Positions 23,998 to 33,842 of a stretch of 54,110 nt of DNA are shown piece after piece; the first letter of the stretch is position 1; each line of letters opens with the position of its first letter. The DNA is from Oscillospiraceae bacterium (GTDB lineage Bacteria; Bacillota; Clostridia; UMGS1883): the NCBI GenBank assembly GCA_015069065.1, contig SVJI01000001.1:1-54110 (forward strand), in the 5' to 3' direction. The notes below the pieces were generated by a model. It saw only the letters and a program-made list of their open reading frames with translations, made no database searches and was not told the DNA's origin. Position numbers and translations under genes: made by a program.

Positions 23998-25128
23998 TTA
24001 CCAAAATAAAGGTCCAAAGCCTTTTAATTTGTAAATGGCCTCAATAAAAAAGTAATCTCCATAAATAAGAGTGCAGTTTTTATCCTCGGGCGGGCAATCA
24101 TAACTAAGAGTACAATCATGAAGTATTGCATCACTCTCCATACTCCAGTCACAGTGTTGTTCAAGTCCCCGAAGAATTTTTAAAGCCCATTTGATATACA
24201 TTCTCTTTTCCGCATCAGGAACATTTTTAGCTAGTTCTATTAATCCGCATACAGCACAAGCACCTGCCGAAGCATCAAAAATAACAGGTGTTTCAGGTAT
24301 ACGAAAATCAACTCTGGGCACACAGTCTTCATCCAGCGCTGCAATAAAATAGTGTGATATACGCTTAGCAATATCCATATAACGAGTCTCGCCAGTATGT
24401 ATAAAGCAAAGAATGTAGCCATATATTGCCCATGCCAATCCTCTTGTCCACGCTGAGTCAACATTCATTCCGCCACCATGCTGATAGTTTTTTACTTCTC
24501 CCGTTTCAATATCAACATTTGCAACATGGTATACAGACCCGTCAGGACGCACATGAGTGCTCATAAGAGTATCAGCGTGATCCATTGCAACGTACTTATA
24601 TCTCGGGTCATTATGCTGCTCAGATGACCAAAACAGAAGCGGAAGGTTCATCATTGTATCAATTATAATTGCCTGTTCATTTTTGTTCTTATCGTTATTC
24701 CATGCTCTGATATATTTACCGTGAGGATTATAGCGTGCCGCTAACACGTCAGCAGCAAACAACGTTTTTATTCTGGCATTATCATTTCCTGTAAGTTTAA
24801 ATTCAGCACCTGATGAAATCAGCCACATAAACCCCATGTCGTGATGCAGATGATCATATCGCTTTAGTCCCTCATCCAGCTTCTTAGTTGCAGCTTCTGC
24901 AATTTTTTTGTATTCATCATCTCCTGTAGCACTGTACATAAGCCACATTATGCCTGGCCAAAAGCCGTTTGTCCATGCATTGATTTTTTCACCGCTGCGG
25001 TCATCAAAAACACCGTTTATGGTTTTATATGGTATTTTATCACCTGTCTTTGCACTGACGTGCTTAATTTTATGTTCAATTTTATTCCATATGCTGTCTA
25101 CCCACATTTGTTCATCATGCAATAGCAT
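23998..25128 (-). CDS. GH88 unsaturated glucuronyl hydrolase
   Basis: Start moved to ATG 25128 (AGAGGGA 5 nt upstream). This removes the overlap with the upstream gene. Motifs WTNGFWPGIMWL, HHDMGFMW and WTRGLAWAIYGY are characteristic of GH88. No signal peptide. Confidence 0.8.
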   Translation of the reverse strand: MLLHDEQMWVDSIWNKIEHKIKHVSAKTGDKIPYKTINGVFDDRSGEKINAWTNGFWPGIMWLMYSATGDDEYKKIAEAATKKLDEGLKRYDHLHHDMGFMWLISSGAEFKLTGNDNARIKTLFAADVLAARYNPHGKYIRAWNNDKNKNEQAIIIDTMMNLPLLFWSSEQHNDPRYKYVAMDHADTLMSTHVRPDGSVYHVANVDIETGEVKNYQHGGGMNVDSAWTRGLAWAIYGYILCFIHTGETRYMDIAKRISHYFIAALDEDCVPRVDFRIPETPVIFDASAGACAVCGLIELAKNVPDAEKRMYIKWALKILRGLEQHCDWSMESDAILHDCTLSYDCPPEDKNCTLIYGDYFFIEAIYKLKGFGPLFW

Positions 25129-25148
25129 ATAAATCCCTCTTTTCTTAT

Positions 25149-27212
25149 TTAATTGAATAATCTGTAATAAACCATCAAAGGCACTGCTGACCAACCATGA
25201 CAAAGGCTGCCTGCACCATCAAAGTCATCTCCGCCATTAGCCGTTTCGTAAAAGGTTGTGGCTCCGTTAAATAACATTTTTCCCCACACCTGTGCTATTT
25301 CGTTAAGAATATAATCATCATACCCACCTATATCCAGTAATGCCTGGTATCTGAACACAGAAGTACATAATGAATCTTGTACAAGGTATTTTTCGGAAAT
25401 CATTTTTTTACAAAGTACAGCAGTATTTTTTGCAACACCGCTGCAAATTGCAATAGATTGTGTCATCTGCGCATAATGACGTGCCTCTGATTCCATAGGA
25501 TAAGTGTTATATACACCTTTTTCTTTATCAAAAAATGTTTTATTGATTGCAGCTTTTAAGTTTACATATTCCCTTTTAAACTTTTTAGCTAACTCGCTGT
25601 CCCCGACTATTTCAGATGCATCTTGTGCCTTTTTAAGCATCAAACACAGTATAAGGTTAAGCACTGAATTAAAGCTTGTATTCTCGTTATATTCCGTACC
25701 GTTAAGATTACCGGATAAGCCGTCTACCCAATCATAAAAATCCCAGTAGTATTTGCCACAGGGCACAGGCATAAGATTATTTATCATTCTGTTTTTATAA
25801 ACAGAAAATAGTTTATCAATAATATCCAGATATCTTCTTCCGGTTTTGATATCTTTGCTGTATTCAATATATTCACACAACGCAACAAGCCACATAAGCG
25901 TAAAGCTGGGTATTTTTAGCTTATTACTGCAAGGAGCACATATGGAGGTAAATCCATCTTCCTCGCATGATTTAGCAAACAAATCCCATGAAGCAGCCGC
26001 AAACTTGAAGTTACCGAATGCCAAATATCCAAACAATGCCTGATTACGGCTGTCAAAGCCATATAAGGACTGTTCTCTGCACGGACAATCTTCAAAATGC
26101 TCATGCATACATTCACGAAGTGTATTTATACAAACATCGTATATTTTTTTATGTAAATTATCTGTTATGTTCGGTTTTTTTATTATTTTAACAGGATAAA
26201 CCGCTTTTTTTATGCCTGCATATCTGACAGTCAAGCCACTACCTACATTAGTAAAATTAAGCTGAATATATCTACCTGCAATTCTGCGAAAATGGTTGGT
26301 GAATTGATTTTCCCCTATCTTGCATTTATATGTAAAGGCAAATCTTCTTCTCCCCGGCATTCTCAAAGCAAGGTCATCAAGATGTTCTCCGTAGCCTATA
26401 TCAATATGGGTTTCGTTTTTGGCATTTATATCAAGGGTAAAATATCCGGAAGTCTCGGACTCAAGGTCGATTATTATATAGCTATTATCCTCGGTTATTT
26501 CAAGGCAAGAAATTTCTCTTTCCCACACTGCCTCTTTTTTCATATATGCTTCACAAATGCGTTTTCCTGCTGAATCAGTATCAGTATAAATGAATTTCCC
26601 TCGGTTTTTGAGTATTCCCTTTACAGTACATGGCATTTCTAATTTCTTTATAGGTCTTTCAATCAGTTTTGATGGAAGTTCATTACAAAAATCAAGAATT
26701 TTCGGTTTTTCCCAAGTGTCACCCATTATATATTCAGGATTTTTCCAGTTAGTTTCTTTTGTAGCGTCATAATGGAAAGTAGGTCCTAGTTGTGCGGTTA
26801 TCAGTTCAATATCCCCTGTCATATATCCTGATGATTCTGCTACAAAGGCGTCAAGATTATTTATAAAACCATTTTTATGCTTTATTGTATAAATAAGTCC
26901 TGGCATGCCGGGTTTATAGCAAAATGTCCCGACACCCTGATAGTAAACAAGAATACATATTACATTACTGCCTTTGCGAAGATATTTATCTATTCGTATT
27001 TTGTCAAAATACTTATATTCCGGCAAAGACAAATACTGTCCACATTCAACAAAAACACCATTTATCCAGAGTTCATAATTTGTATCACAGCTTAATATAA
27101 CATCTGTCTTTTCAGTATCATTTATTTCAAATTCCTGACGAAAACAAAGGTATTGGTTATTACCCGATTTCCCATTCCATAACCAACGTGAACCGCTAAG
27201 CTTAATATTCAT
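25149..27212 (-). CDS. alpha-L-rhamnosidase-like (GH78-like) six-hairpin glycosidase
   Basis: N-terminus SGSRWLWNGKSGNNQYLCFRQEFEI and C-terminal GSLCHGWSAVPL resemble bacterial rhamnosidase N-terminal and (alpha/alpha)6 signatures. Cytoplasmic (no signal peptide). Family call is tentative. Confidence 0.5.
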   Translation of the reverse strand: MNIKLSGSRWLWNGKSGNNQYLCFRQEFEINDTEKTDVILSCDTNYELWINGVFVECGQYLSLPEYKYFDKIRIDKYLRKGSNVICILVYYQGVGTFCYKPGMPGLIYTIKHKNGFINNLDAFVAESSGYMTGDIELITAQLGPTFHYDATKETNWKNPEYIMGDTWEKPKILDFCNELPSKLIERPIKKLEMPCTVKGILKNRGKFIYTDTDSAGKRICEAYMKKEAVWEREISCLEITEDNSYIIIDLESETSGYFTLDINAKNETHIDIGYGEHLDDLALRMPGRRRFAFTYKCKIGENQFTNHFRRIAGRYIQLNFTNVGSGLTVRYAGIKKAVYPVKIIKKPNITDNLHKKIYDVCINTLRECMHEHFEDCPCREQSLYGFDSRNQALFGYLAFGNFKFAAASWDLFAKSCEEDGFTSICAPCSNKLKIPSFTLMWLVALCEYIEYSKDIKTGRRYLDIIDKLFSVYKNRMINNLMPVPCGKYYWDFYDWVDGLSGNLNGTEYNENTSFNSVLNLILCLMLKKAQDASEIVGDSELAKKFKREYVNLKAAINKTFFDKEKGVYNTYPMESEARHYAQMTQSIAICSGVAKNTAVLCKKMISEKYLVQDSLCTSVFRYQALLDIGGYDDYILNEIAQVWGKMLFNGATTFYETANGGDDFDGAGSLCHGWSAVPLMVYYRLFN

Positions 27213-27274
27213 ATTTTCCTCCGTAACCCTTATAATTTCACTATAGCACTGCCGTTTCAGTATGTCAACAACCT

Positions 27275-27901
27275 CTAAATTCCAGTAGTTCCAAACATTT
27301 CAAACCACCTGTCTGCAATATACTGATGAAAGAATATCGTTGGATGTATTCCGTCCCTAAGCCAGTAATTCTTTTGTGTAGTAGAAGCCATATCGTCAAG
27401 AGCTTTCTGCAAAGGCAAAAATAAAAGGTCATATTTATCCGCAATTCGTTTTGCAGCCTGTGAACGTAAACACACTTCTTCTCTCAACATTTTCGTGCAT
27501 TTTTCATCATCTTCCTCTCTTAATATGAAAGGTTCAATAATCATTATTTTTGTCTCAGGCAATTCTGACATAATTTCTTCTATCAGCATTGAATATATTT
27601 TTTCATATTTTTCTGCGCTAATACCATTGTTACGGGCATAATCGTGCCACACATCATTTACGCCGACTAAAATACTTAAAAAGTCAGGTTTAATATTAAT
27701 TATATCAGCTTTTATTCTGGCATAGATATCTACAATCCTGTTTCCATTTATCCCTCTGTTAAAAAACTGATACTTCTGTGGATTTTCAAGCCCAAGACGT
27801 GCAGAAACATATGCTGGATATCCCTTTCCTAAATCACTTTCGTTTTCACGAATACGGTCTCCATCAGTTATGGAATCCCCTTGAAAAAGAATCGTTTTCA
27901 T
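27275..27901 (-). CDS. SGNH/GDSL hydrolase (putative carbohydrate esterase)
   Basis: ATG 27901 lies 7 nt after GGAGAGG. Block I FQGDSITDG, block III GVND, block V DGIHP. Confidence 0.8.
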   Translation of the reverse strand: MKTILFQGDSITDGDRIRENESDLGKGYPAYVSARLGLENPQKYQFFNRGINGNRIVDIYARIKADIINIKPDFLSILVGVNDVWHDYARNNGISAEKYEKIYSMLIEEIMSELPETKIMIIEPFILREEDDEKCTKMLREEVCLRSQAAKRIADKYDLLFLPLQKALDDMASTTQKNYWLRDGIHPTIFFHQYIADRWFEMFGTTGI

Positions 27902-27932
27902 CAATCAACCTCTCCTTTTATACTGATTCTTA

Positions 27933-28649
27933 TCATTCACTAAACATTGTTTCAACAAGCTTATACGCAAAAAGCCAATGCATCTCTCTGATAGGATGAT
28001 TTATGTAATTTGCTAACAATTCATCAGTATTGACTCCACTTTCATTGAGTTTTTTCCAAAGTGAATAGCAGTCACATATTTTTACGCCGCATTCTTCTGC
28101 TGTTTTCATTCCTTGCTTTATATACTCATCCATAAGATTATTTTGTTTGTCGGCAGACTTTTGGGCAATATCCAATATTGGCTTTTCTTTGATGAATCCG
28201 CTTACCGAAGTATTCATCATATTCGGAGTCATATATATAACCTCACTGCCAATCGCTTTTGCTTGGGTAAAAATAGTTTTAAGACTGTCAGAGTATTCCT
28301 CCACACTGATATTACCGCAATCATTTAATCCAAAACATACAACTGTCAAATCAGGATTGTAACAAAGCACATCCCGACTTAATCTTTCACACGCCTGATG
28401 ACTTTTTCCGCCGCTGATTCCTGCATTTATAATGTTTAACGGACATTTCGGAAACAGTATATTAAATATTCTCTGTACATAAGAATGATAAACGTTTATT
28501 TTATCAAATACAACACTTACACTGTCATCAGATTTTACATTTAGTTCATAGCAACCTTGTGTTACGCTATCCCCCAGAAATACAATCGTCGGCACTGGAT
28601 ATTCACGTATATTGCTGGCTTTTTTTTCAATTTTATTTATTATCTTCAT
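27933..28649 (-). CDS. SGNH/GDSL hydrolase (putative carbohydrate esterase)
   Basis: AAGGAG upstream of the ATG. Block I FLGDSVTQG, block II GISGG, block III GLND, C-terminal block INHP. Confidence 0.8.
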   Translation of the reverse strand: MKIINKIEKKASNIREYPVPTIVFLGDSVTQGCYELNVKSDDSVSVVFDKINVYHSYVQRIFNILFPKCPLNIINAGISGGKSHQACERLSRDVLCYNPDLTVVCFGLNDCGNISVEEYSDSLKTIFTQAKAIGSEVIYMTPNMMNTSVSGFIKEKPILDIAQKSADKQNNLMDEYIKQGMKTAEECGVKICDCYSLWKKLNESGVNTDELLANYINHPIREMHWLFAYKLVETMFSE

Positions 28650-28672
28650 GTCATTCTCCTTGTTATATATAA

Positions 28673-30481
28673 TTACCTCGGCTTAGATGTCAATACAATT
28701 TTATCGTATGACAGCGTATCACGCCATGACTGTTCAAGCATTTCTTCTTCAAGTTCTTCTATGGCATTTCTTTTACCATTACAATACTCATCTAACATCT
28801 GCTGTGCATAACTAAGCCTGTTATGTTCAGCTCCGTAACGGCGGTTTATAACATCCCAGCCGAATGCTTTATTTGTTTCAAGCCATAATTTCTGATGCAA
28901 AGCATTGAGTTTTAAAAACTTTTCCTGAAGCTTTGGAATAATATTTTTGCTCACATTCAACAGATATTCATAATCTTTTTTAGAATATGCCTCTCTTATT
29001 CCGTTAAAAAGTGGTGTTTTAACTGCAACTATATCGCACAAAATTGAGCAAAGCTCATATAATTGACTGAATTCAAAATCTCTTTTTGAAGATTTGGCAA
29101 ATTGTTTTGCTGCTTTTTCACAATCCACAATTATATCATCATAATTCTTAAATCCGGGAGTCGGCATAAGCAAATCTGAATAAAGCAATAATCTGCCTAA
29201 AATTATATCTCCTCTTTTTGTATTAAAGGCATTAAATGCTTTGATTTCATCAGGAGTGATACCGGTAACAAACTCTGTCACTGAATTAATATCATCTTGT
29301 GTACATAAAAGACCTTTATAACAATGTTCGCTGTAAACAGCAAGACATGATGCAGAAAGAAGCTGATTTGATTCTGCACCGCCATTTCCCCAAACGGTTG
29401 CTATAACCTCTTTTATGTTCTTTCTTATACAGGCACGCATTGCAGGTATCATTGAGTCATATGTTCTTCCGGTATCAGGCATACATGTACACCATGTCCA
29501 TATGCCACCCGCAAAAACAATGTTTTTATTAAATACATCATAGCTGTCAATAAAAGTGCTGTAATCACTTTCGAGATAATGATAATAATCCCAATACACT
29601 AAATCCACATCGGGGACTGCTTTAATAACGTGCTCGGGAATATCGTATTCACGCTCGTCAGTATCGTAATATCCACCGGTTTTTGAGCCTAATCTGAAGT
29701 ACATATCACTCCACATCATGGGTCTGAAATCATATTTTTCGCATATGGTTACAACGTTCTCAAGATGATTGCTGAAAATTTCAAATCTGTCTTTATATCC
29801 GTTGATATCCATATAACGGCCACGTCCCATATCATGAGCCTCATCCAAACCAACATGAATTCTGTTACTGCGAAATGCACTTCGCATTGTTTTTATCATA
29901 GTTTCTATAAGCTTGAGTGTTTCGCCGTCATCACAAAGCAAAACATTTGCGGTATCACTAAACTGTGCAGATTCACTCCATCTTAAAAACTGACTGTGAT
30001 GACCTAAAGTCTGAATACATGGTATTACTTCAATTCCTATAGAATACGCATAGTCATCAATCTTTTTAAGTTCATCTATGGTATATCTTCCTCGTCTGTA
30101 TCCAAAATAAGGATATTCCTCCATTTCAAAAATATCTTCCGTGTATAGCATCAACATATTCATTCCCATGCACAGCATATAGTTAAGATATTTTTTAATT
30201 GATTCTACTTTCATAACACCGTTTCTTGATACATCAAGCATTACACCGCAGGTATCAAAATTAGGAGTCTCTTTTATTTCAAACTCAACCTTGCCCTCTG
30301 AGATGTTTTTAGCAAGCAGCATTGCACCTCTTGCCAGTTTAGATTTATCACTGCAACCAATAATCGCCTTTTTGCCGTCATATTTCACGTAAACTCCAGG
30401 CAGATTGACAAATTCAAGCTCAGGAATATCTTTAAATTTCAATGTTTCAAAAACAAGCTTAGCTATTTTAACATTATTCAT
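28673..30481 (-). CDS. GH20 beta-N-acetylhexosaminidase-like
   Basis: Start moved to ATG 30481 (GGGAAGG upstream, just after the stop of the preceding gene). Motifs CGVMLDVSRNG and RIHVGLDEAHDMG carry the GH20 D-E catalytic pair context. No signal peptide. Confidence 0.7.
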   Translation of the reverse strand: MNNVKIAKLVFETLKFKDIPELEFVNLPGVYVKYDGKKAIIGCSDKSKLARGAMLLAKNISEGKVEFEIKETPNFDTCGVMLDVSRNGVMKVESIKKYLNYMLCMGMNMLMLYTEDIFEMEEYPYFGYRRGRYTIDELKKIDDYAYSIGIEVIPCIQTLGHHSQFLRWSESAQFSDTANVLLCDDGETLKLIETMIKTMRSAFRSNRIHVGLDEAHDMGRGRYMDINGYKDRFEIFSNHLENVVTICEKYDFRPMMWSDMYFRLGSKTGGYYDTDEREYDIPEHVIKAVPDVDLVYWDYYHYLESDYSTFIDSYDVFNKNIVFAGGIWTWCTCMPDTGRTYDSMIPAMRACIRKNIKEVIATVWGNGGAESNQLLSASCLAVYSEHCYKGLLCTQDDINSVTEFVTGITPDEIKAFNAFNTKRGDIILGRLLLYSDLLMPTPGFKNYDDIIVDCEKAAKQFAKSSKRDFEFSQLYELCSILCDIVAVKTPLFNGIREAYSKKDYEYLLNVSKNIIPKLQEKFLKLNALHQKLWLETNKAFGWDVINRRYGAEHNRLSYAQQMLDEYCNGKRNAIEELEEEMLEQSWRDTLSYDKIVLTSKPR

Positions 30482-30485
30482 ATTT

Positions 30486-31292
30486 CTAACCTTCCCTATC
30501 AGATATTTCGCTCCAGCGTTCATACAGTTTTTGAACAGATGAAGGCAGAGGATACCTAAATGCATCTACTTCAAAATTTATAAGACCTTGATAATTAATC
30601 TCTCTGAGTTTCCTGCATATTGTATCAAAGTCCACGCAGCCGTCCCCCGGCCACCAATGTCTTTCGTGTTCTCCGTCATTATCAGAAACATGCATGGTTA
30701 TAAGATAGTTTTTCGTATTTTCAATAAAATCTTCCGGGCTTTCAAAAAACAGATGATTGACATCATAGCACACACCGATATTATCACCAACTGCTTCAAT
30801 TATTCGCAGTAAATCCTTACTTGTTCTGATATTGCTTATTTCGGTAAGGTTTTCTATCGCAACCTTAAGATTTTTTGTTTTACAGTGCTCACATATCTTT
30901 TTTATCTGAATTATTGACTTCTCAATTCTATCTTCATACTCATCTTCCGGCACAAAACCGTGACAAGGATGAACCACTACAATTTCCGCATATTTAAGAT
31001 ATTGTGCCGAAATATCAATTAATTCAAGCTGTTTTTTCAGTGCAAGCTCACTCTTTTCATCATCAAGAAGCGAAACATCGTAATCCGCCTCGTTTGATAT
31101 ATGAATTGTTTTTACACGAAACGAGTAATCCTCCTGTGCCTTTTGAAGATACTTAAGATTTTCGATAAGCGCTTTTCTTTCATCACCATATTTTATTCTG
31201 AATTCAAGGAGCGAAAAGCCGCCGCTTTGAAGGTGCGGTGCTAATTCTGTAAAACGTTCCCATAATGATATACCAAGTAAATTTTTATTCAT
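30486..31292 (-). CDS. xylose-isomerase-like TIM-barrel sugar (phosphate) isomerase/epimerase
   Basis: AP_endonuc_2/TIM-barrel pattern: VVHPCHG, VAIENLTE, VCYDVNHL, MHVSDNDGEHERHWWPG. An 8-nt overlap with the upstream lyase stop indicates translational coupling. Confidence 0.7.
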   Translation of the reverse strand: MNKNLLGISLWERFTELAPHLQSGGFSLLEFRIKYGDERKALIENLKYLQKAQEDYSFRVKTIHISNEADYDVSLLDDEKSELALKKQLELIDISAQYLKYAEIVVVHPCHGFVPEDEYEDRIEKSIIQIKKICEHCKTKNLKVAIENLTEISNIRTSKDLLRIIEAVGDNIGVCYDVNHLFFESPEDFIENTKNYLITMHVSDNDGEHERHWWPGDGCVDFDTICRKLREINYQGLINFEVDAFRYPLPSSVQKLYERWSEISDREG

Positions 31293-33840
31293 AGTTTTTA
31301 TCCCCGATTTGTTTATTTAATTCAAAGTCCTCTGCAACCGGTTCCAGATTGCTTTTCCAACAAAATACTCTGGCTTTTGATATTTTTCCGTTATTTATTT
31401 CCGGTAAGTTCACAGTTTTATATCCATCATTTTTTACACTTACGTCAATTACTCTCATATCACATAATTGACCGTCTGATGAATATAGTGCTGCGTAAAC
31501 CTTCAAGCCAAGATCTTCTCCTGTATAGTTACCTATGTTAACAGTGCCTTTTAACGCACCGTTTTCCTGAGTATCAATATAACCACTGAAGGCTATCTCG
31601 TCCTCGATAATTTCGTTACAGACAACAACAAGGCATACTTCGTCATTTTTACGGTCATATGCATATAAATTATACATGCCCTCATGAAAATCATCTAATC
31701 TTATCCTTGACGCAAACATACCATTTTCGTCAGGAACATACATAGATAAAAACAGTATGTTTCCTGTTGAATCAGTTACTTTAACCGGTACACCTACACC
31801 ACTTTCACCTTTACCTACAAAGCATAATGTCTGATTTGCCTTATCGATATATGATGAAATAATAACATCGTTGTTTACCTTTGCATACTGCACAATCATG
31901 CTGCTGCTATCTAAAGTAACAATCGTGTCACTATCTTCATTTGAGCCGGTAATCAAAAAATGATATATACCATCACCGTCGTACTTTACACTTATGTTTT
32001 TGAGCTTATCTTCACTTTCTGCCCAACTAAGTGCCGTAGGAACTGAAATACTATCTGAATATTTATATGCTGATACTGCAAATTTATTATTGTCTTCAAG
32101 CTGTGCTTTAACTTCTGCATCCTCTGCCAAAACATTAATATTAAGCACGGAATTATCATTATAAAATGTGAAGCTTCCGTCCTGCTGTTTATTAGCTGTC
32201 TGCACAGCAGGATAAAACCGTATTTTTAAATCATTCTCAGTATCAGTCTTCGCTTCATCAAAAATCAGCAAAACATCAGGCTTAACATATATAAAATGCC
32301 GCACATATTTGTCAACACCGGTTTCCTCTCTATATGCTTCCGTTCCATCCGCTGCTACATACACATAGTCTTCCTGTTCATCAAATTTTATTATATGCGG
32401 ATTTGCCTTCGATGCAGCTATAACGTCCTTGTTGTAAAGGTCATACTGTCCGTCATCATTAACGGTAAGAGTATTATGCCATCTGGTATACCCCTTTGCA
32501 TACCCATCGTCTACAATCTGTAAGTCTTTATAAGCAAACAGCATAAAACTGTTTATATCAGGATGTGAATGGGTCAGCCCTAAATTGTAAGTTTCATCAA
32601 AGCCTTTATTAATAAAGGCTTCTCTTGCTATTGTACCCATAGTAGGGCCACATCTGAAGGCAATCACTGATTCCTGATTAAACCATACATTTCTCAAAAA
32701 AACAAAACCAAGCTGTTCAAAGAACTTATTGTTGGGATACTTATCACTTTCCCAGGGAGCTAAACTATCAGAATCAGGCTGATAGTATAAAAATAGCTGC
32801 CACATTTCATTTCTATGCCCCGCAGTTGAATTATCAATTCCATACTCAACATACCACTGCACAACGGGATTTTGGCTGATGTCAGCCAAATATGACATAT
32901 TTGAAACCCAAGAAAGATTATTATTTTGTGTACTGTCACCGAAGTTAAACACACCTATTATATGTTCATTTTTTCCCATTTGCGGAAGTCGTGTATAAAT
33001 TCCGTAATCAGCAGTATTTTGCAGAAACGGGTGCGTTGCATAGTCAATATTACAAAACTGCTTTGCAGTTTTAACGTAATATATAAGATGCGTTAATCCA
33101 TAGCTCCAATATGATGGGCCTTCCTGATATGTACCCTCTGTATTAATAAACGAAAACGTTTTTGAAAACCAATTATTAGACGTATTAAACCAGCTTTCTG
33201 CTTCGGAATATATATCATAAATTGCAGCAGCTGTTACAGCAAGTGATGATGCAGGTGTCCAGTAAAGGTTTGATAAATACTTTCTTTCCCACCAGCCGCC
33301 ATTATTCATAATACTGCCACGTGCAATAAGTAGTGTTTCTATCTCCTGCCTTTGAGTGATAGACAGGTCATGATACAGCCAATCATAGTAACATGATATG
33401 CCAACAAGCATATGCGATGCTGCAAGACTACAGTTTTCAAATTTTCCCCTTCCCCATGAAGGATAGCTTTTTGCTGCATTGAAGAACAATGCAGCAGCAT
33501 CCTTATACTCCTGTTTCCCAGAAATTTTGTACCCGAGAGAAAGCTTCATTATTGCATCTCCCACTGTACGCATCCACGTTTCTTCTATATTTGAATCAAC
33601 ATAATACTGCGTAGGTCCATCAACAACATACGTGCTTAATTCAGTTTCAAGCGCTGACCAGATATCTTTAAGCCTGCCATTGGCAAGTATACGTGCTCTG
33701 TCAAAATCCGCCTCGTCCATAATTACACGTGGATGTATATTAGTGTATTCATCCAGATTATTTTCTACGGCATATGCATTTATCTGTAAAAGAACTATAA
33801 TAAAAACTGTTAGCAAAACATAAAAACGTATTTTTCTCAT
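31285..33840 (-). CDS. secreted heparinase II/III-family polysaccharide lyase with C-terminal beta-sandwich
   Basis: Signal peptide MRKIRFYVLLTVFIIVLLQINAYA. Motifs HPRVIMDEADFDRA, SLAASHMLVGISCYYDWLYHDLS and GLTHSHPDINSFMLFAYKDLQIVDDGY. The last is the Hepar_II_III H-x-H-x-D...DxG-Y block. Confidence 0.8.
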   Translation of the reverse strand: MRKIRFYVLLTVFIIVLLQINAYAVENNLDEYTNIHPRVIMDEADFDRARILANGRLKDIWSALETELSTYVVDGPTQYYVDSNIEETWMRTVGDAIMKLSLGYKISGKQEYKDAAALFFNAAKSYPSWGRGKFENCSLAASHMLVGISCYYDWLYHDLSITQRQEIETLLIARGSIMNNGGWWERKYLSNLYWTPASSLAVTAAAIYDIYSEAESWFNTSNNWFSKTFSFINTEGTYQEGPSYWSYGLTHLIYYVKTAKQFCNIDYATHPFLQNTADYGIYTRLPQMGKNEHIIGVFNFGDSTQNNNLSWVSNMSYLADISQNPVVQWYVEYGIDNSTAGHRNEMWQLFLYYQPDSDSLAPWESDKYPNNKFFEQLGFVFLRNVWFNQESVIAFRCGPTMGTIAREAFINKGFDETYNLGLTHSHPDINSFMLFAYKDLQIVDDGYAKGYTRWHNTLTVNDDGQYDLYNKDVIAASKANPHIIKFDEQEDYVYVAADGTEAYREETGVDKYVRHFIYVKPDVLLIFDEAKTDTENDLKIRFYPAVQTANKQQDGSFTFYNDNSVLNINVLAEDAEVKAQLEDNNKFAVSAYKYSDSISVPTALSWAESEDKLKNISVKYDGDGIYHFLITGSNEDSDTIVTLDSSSMIVQYAKVNNDVIISSYIDKANQTLCFVGKGESGVGVPVKVTDSTGNILFLSMYVPDENGMFASRIRLDDFHEGMYNLYAYDRKNDEVCLVVVCNEIIEDEIAFSGYIDTQENGALKGTVNIGNYTGEDLGLKVYAALYSSDGQLCDMRVIDVSVKNDGYKTVNLPEINNGKISKARVFCWKSNLEPVAEDFELNKQIGDKNYE

Positions 33841-33842
33841 AA